Made by a program: the position numbers and the translations under genes
The notes under the pieces: model-generated
The model's database searches: none
Seen by the model: only the letters and a program-made list of their open reading frames with translations
What the model was told of the DNA's origin: nothing
Shown: positions 58,535 through 64,000 of the stretch, in pieces
Position numbering within the stretch: position 1 is the stretch's first letter
How the letters are laid out: every line of letters begins with the position of its first letter
From: the human T2T-CHM13v2.0 reference genome, Homo sapiens
NCBI RefSeq assembly: GCF_009914755.1
Contig: NC_060932.1
Reading direction: 5' to 3' (one strand)
Length of the DNA: 64,000 nt

Positions 58535-59796
58535 GAGATCCATCCCCTCAGTTATTCTTCCTTTCCTTCCTTCTCCCTATGGCTCTTTTATAAGTGAGCT
58601 GATAAGGAACTCTTCACCATCTGGTGTTCAGGCAATGATAATATCTGCTTAGTTCTAGCTTAAAAGACATTTGATACTACAAATTTCAATGTCCCTAGAG
58701 GCTCAACTTCAAACCCATAGCAAAAAGGAGATCTGAGTGAAGGCTGTGTCACTAAAAGATGCTGTCAACATTTGATATTAAAATAACTATTTTCAGGACT
58801 TGAATTCTCAGAATGTATTAACTGCACCCAAATAGCTGGGTTTCTGGTTTGTTCTTTATACTGTTGGCTGAAACACACCTTAAAATAAACTCCATGTTAT
58901 TCTGGAAAAAAAGTTCCCAGTAAAAAATTCTGTTCTCAGAATTTATCTTCCTAAAAAAATTGGTACATAATAATTTAGATTGGCAATGGGTTGAGATGTG
59001 ATAAGAGGAAGTTGGGGTTGCTAAGAGTGCAGTAGGGAGTTATGAGATTGAGTAGCATTTTGTATTAATAAGGAGGGATATAACAGCAAATGCCTACTTC
59101 TTTCCTGATTCTGTGTTGTGGTTACCGTGATTAAAAGGCAAGTTTAGAGTCAACTTGAGATTCAGGGTTGCAATAAACTGGTCAAACTCAACTATTATTT
59201 AAAATTGCACTTGGACACTTAGAAATAGCAATTTGGTGCCTTCTGGGGATTTTTCTTTCCCCTTTTGCTTTCAAGTGTTAGAAAATAATGTGAAATTTTC
59301 TGGCCAATCATAAACTAATGGAATATGTACAGTACGAAGTCAACCACCAGTTAATCTCCTAGGGCAGACATCCCAGAACTGGTGGGTATATTTCCTTAGA
59401 ATTAAAGTACCAGTTGAAAACCTCATAAAGGGGGGTAAAAGGTCCATTAATCTTAATAAAACCCCAAAAGCATTTCCCATAATTTTTAGATTGGCAGTCA
59501 TGTAATAGCAACTGCAGGAGGAAAAGGTAATTTAAAAGAAGTGGTATAGTCCATTGAAACAGAAAGGTCCATATTAAAGTTTTATTCATGGTCCATTCAA
59601 GATGAGTCTCCTGTAGAGAAAAAGGATGGTATAAAAAATAAATGATATACTATGACAGTCCTGTGACATGAACTATCATTGTCTCTCAGAGGCATATGCC
59701 CTTAACTCATGTTGTGCTCATTCCTTTTGAACAAAAAGCCCAGAAATACTGGATCTTCTCTAAATATAATTACAAAAGTTTGTGGTCTTGAAACTT

Positions 59797-62045
59797 TATT
59801 ACTTGACTTTCTTGTTTAGAGCTGTTTTTGGTTTACAGAAAACATGAGCAGAAATTACAGAGTTTCCATATGTCACTTCTCCCCACCTCTATCCTGTATA
59901 CAGTTTCTCTTCTTACTAACATCTTGCATTAGGGTGGTACATTTGTTAGAAATGATGAGCCAATATTAATACTCAATTATTAACTAAAATCCATAGTTTA
60001 TATTAGGGTTAATTCTCTATGTTGTATAGTGCTGTAGGTTCCAAAATAATGCACAATGATAATGTCATGTATGTAACATTGGAGTATCATATATAATAAT
60101 TTCACTGCCCTAAAAATCCTACATGTTTCACCTATGTATTCTTCCTTTCTTACTCTAAACCTCTGGAAACAACTGATCTTTTTATTGTCTCTACAGTGTC
60201 GACTTTTCCAGAATGTCTTATAGTTGGAATCATATAGTAAGTAACCCACTCAGATTGGCTTCTTTCACTTAGTAACATGCACTTAAGGTACCTTTATGTC
60301 TTTGTGGCTTAATGGCTGATTTTCATTTGTTGCTAAATGGTACTCCATTAAATAGGTGCACCAAATTTGTTTATCCATTCACCTTCTGAGGAACTTCTTG
60401 GTTGCTTCCAAGTTTTGGCAATTATAAATAAAGCTGTTATAAACATTTTTGTGCTGGTTTTTGTGCAGACTTAAGTTTTCAACTCATTTGGGTAAACACG
60501 AAGGAGTGTGATTGCTAGTTTGTGTGATAAGAGTTTGTTTAGTTTTGTAAGAAACTGCCACAACTGCCCAAACTGTCTTCCAAAGTGGCTATACCATTTT
60601 GCATTCCCATCAGCCAAGAATGAGAGGTCTTGTTGCTTCACATCCTCAACAAGCACTTGGGGTTGTCAGTGTTTTGAATTTTAGCTATTCTAATAGTTGT
60701 GAGTAATATCTCATTGTTGTTTTAATTTGCAATTCCTTAATGACATATGATGCTGAGCATCTTCTCATAGGTTTATCTGCCATCTGTATATCTTTGGTGA
60801 GGTATCTTTTCATATCTTTTGCCCACTTTCTAGGCTGTTTGGTTTCCTATTGTTAGGTTTTTAAGGACTTTTTGTATATTTTGTATACCAGTTCTTTATC
60901 ATATATGTGTTTCTCTTAATACATTCCCTTAATGCTATCTTTTACAGTAGCAGAAGTTTTCAATTTTAATAAAGTAAAATTTATCAATGTTTTTTCATGG
61001 ACCATGGTTTTGGTGTCATAGCTAAAAAACTCATTGCTATATCCAGCTCATCTAGGTTTTCTCCTATGTTATCTTTTAGGAGTTTTATACTTTTACATTT
61101 TTCAAAAGGCTATGATCAATTCTGAGTTAATTTTAGGCAAAGGTATAAGACCCTTGTCTAGATTAAATTTTGATGTCCAGTTGTTTCAGCACCATTTGTT
61201 GAAAAGACTCTCTTGTCTCCATTGTATTGCCATTGCTCCTTTGTCAAAGAACAGTTCATTATGTGTGTCTGTGAGTTCTCTACTCTGTTCCATTAAAGTA
61301 TTTATTCTTTTGCCAATACCACACTGTCTTGATACTGTAGCTTTATAGGAAGTTTTAAAGTTGGTAGTGTCTGTACTGTGTTCTTAATACTTTGTTGCCT
61401 ATTCTGAGTCTTTTTGCCTTTCCGTATGAACTTTAGAATCTGTTTGTCAATATCCACAAAATAACTTGCTGGGATTTTGATTGGGTTAAATTAAATATAT
61501 AGATCAAGTTGGTAAGAACTGACAACTTAATAATATTGAGTCTTCTCATCCATGAGCAAGGAATTTATTTGGATCATTGATTTCTTTCATCTGACCTTTG
61601 TGGTTTTCCTCATACAGGTCTTGTACATACTTTTAAAGATTAGTATTTATTTTTTCCTTTGGTGCTAAATTAAATTGTGTTGTTTACTCATATTCATATT
61701 TCAACTATTAATTGCTGGTATAGTGGAACAACACTGACTTTTGGTATTAAGCTTGTACCCTGCAACTTTGCTACAGTTGTTTATTAGTTTCAAGAGTATT
61801 TTTGTCAATTCTTTGAGATTTTCTACATATATAGTTATGTCATATGTGAACAAAGAGTTTTATTTTTTCCATCCCAATCTGTAAACTATTTCTTTTCTTG
61901 TCTTATTATATTAGCTAGGACTTCCAGTACAATTTTGAATAGGAGGGGTAGGACGGTAGGACATCCTTATCTTGTTCCTGATCTTAGGGGGAAAGCATCA
62001 AGTTTCTCACTATTAACTGTGATGTTAGTTGTAGGTTTTTTTTAG
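59797..62045 (-). mobile_element. L1MA9/L1MB-type 3'UTR plus ORF2 3' part
   Basis: aatttcactgccctaaaaatcct, cagcaccatttgttgaaaagact and cttgttcctgatcttagggggaaagc motifs. Confidence 0.85.
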
Positions 62046-62137
62046 ATGTTAGCAAGTTGAGCAAATTTCCTTCCATTTCTAATTGATGTATTTCTAATTG
62101 ATGTATTCAGATCAATTACATTTAAAGTGATTATTGA

Positions 62138-62559
<422 letters not shown>

Positions 62560-62688
62560 TGAGTATTTTATATGAATCTATTTTCTTAGCATAAAAATTA
62601 TACTTAAAATTTTTTTTTAGTGGTTGCCCTAGAGTTTGCAATATACATTTACAACTAATCAAAGTTCACTTTGCAATAACAGTATACT

Positions 62689-63084
62689 TCTGTTAGTCTG
62701 TTTCCATTGCTATGAAGAAACACCTGAGACTGGGTAATTTATAAAAAAAAGTTTATTTGGCTCTCAGTTCTCCAGGCTGTACAGGAAGCCAGGTCCCATC
62801 ATCTGCTTCTGGTGACAGCCTCAGGAAGTTTACAATCATGGTGGATGGCAAAGGGGAGGCAGTGTGTCACATGGCAAAAGAAAGAGTAACAGAGAGAGGG
62901 AAGAGGTGGCAAACTCTTTTAAACAAAGATCTTTCCTAAACTCTCATTACCATGCGGGCAGTATCAAGCCATTCATGAAGGATCCAACTCCATGGCTCAA
63001 ACTTCTTCCACTAGGCCCACCTCCAGCACTGGGGATCACATTTCAACATGAGATTTGGAGGGGACACACATTCAAACCATATCA
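62689..63084 (-). mobile_element. Solo MSTB-like MaLR LTR
   Basis: cctgagactgggtaatttata...aagccattcatgaaggatcc...cacattcaaaccatatca; flanks atact/ataat. Confidence 0.85.
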
Positions 63085-63147
63085 ATAATGCTTCATTCTT
63101 AGTGCAGGTACCTTATAACAAAGTATTCCCAATTGCTGCCATTCATT

Positions 63148-63446
63148 CTTTTTTTTTTTTTTTTTTTTTGAGACAGAGTCTCAATCTGTTACCCAGATTG
63201 GAGTGCAGTGGCATGATCTCGGCTCATTACAATATCTACCTCCCAGGTTCAAGAAATTCTCCTGTCTCAGCTTCCTGAGTAATTGGGATTACAAGTATGC
63301 CAACCATGCCCAACTAATTTTTGTGTTTTAGTAGAGACAGGGTTTCACCATGTTGGCCAGGCTGGTCTTGAACTCCTGGCCTCAGGTGATCTGCCCACCT
63401 TGGCCTCCCAAAGTGCTCGGATTTATAGGCCTGAGCCACTGCCCCT
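63148..63446 (-). mobile_element. AluS (Sx/Sz-like)
   Basis: Full dimer; TSD ctgccattcattcttt. Confidence 0.92.
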
Positions 63447-63624
63447 GACTGCCATTCATTCTTTATAACATTGCTGTCATTAATTTCATTTATTCATAAG
63501 CTATAATCACAAAATTAATTTTTGTTATAATTTCAGACAAACCGCTCTTAGACTAATATTTAAAAAGAAAAATAACACATGAATATATGTTATTTTACTT
63601 TTGTTTACTCCTATAACACTCTTC

Positions 63625-63901
63625 CTTTTTTTTTTTTTTTTTAAAGACGGAGTCTCACTCTGTCGCCAGGCTGATGTGATCTCGGCTCACTGAAACCTCC
63701 CGGGTTCAAGCGATTCTCCTACCTCAGCCTCCCGAGAAGACTACAGGCATGCGCCGCCACGCTCCACTAAGTTTTGTATTTTTAGTAGAGACGGGGTTTC
63801 ACCATGTTGGCCAGGATGGTTTCAATCTCTTGACCTCGTGATCCACCCGCCTCGGCCTCCCAAAGTGCTGGGATTACAGGCGTGAGCCACCGCGCCCGGC
63901 C
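63625..63901 (-). mobile_element. AluSc with small right-arm deletions, CpG-rich
   Basis: ctgtcgccaggctg and ggccaggatggtttcaatctcttgacctcgtgatcc; TSD cactcttccttt. Confidence 0.9.
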
Positions 63902-64000
63902 TCACTCTTCCTTTCCTTATGTAGATCCAAGTTTCTGACCTATGTAATTTTCCTTCTCTCTGAAGAACTTTTTAACATTTCTTGCAAGGTAGTTCTATTG

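Overview
AT-rich, repeat-dense primate (human-like) genomic DNA. Alu, THE1, LTR7 and L1PA/L1PB elements place it in primates. I find no credible protein-coding gene, RNA gene or CpG island. The listed ORFs are short chance ORFs or pieces of decayed L1/Alu/MaLR elements. Well over half of the window is a nested archive of mobile elements: L1MA, L1PB, L1MB/MC and L1PA16-like LINEs, about 20 Alus, a solo HERV-H LTR7, two LTR8 copies, MER21- and MER39-like LTRs, three two-LTR MaLR elements, Tigger2a, MER5, MIR and L2. Subfamily names are from memory of the consensus sequences and need RepeatMasker/Dfam confirmation. The most unusual signal is three separate short templated insertions, each copied from DNA 1-3 kb away and sitting in a low-complexity tract: 74 bp inside an Alu tail (51411-51484, from 54162-54235), an 84 bp inverted L1 copy inside MER21 (12494-12577, from 9978-10060), and a 29 bp copy flanked by a 16 bp inverted repeat at an L1PB deletion junction (42796-42824, from 41665-41693). 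They look like fossil scars of template-switching repair. They are not evidence of a new gene system.
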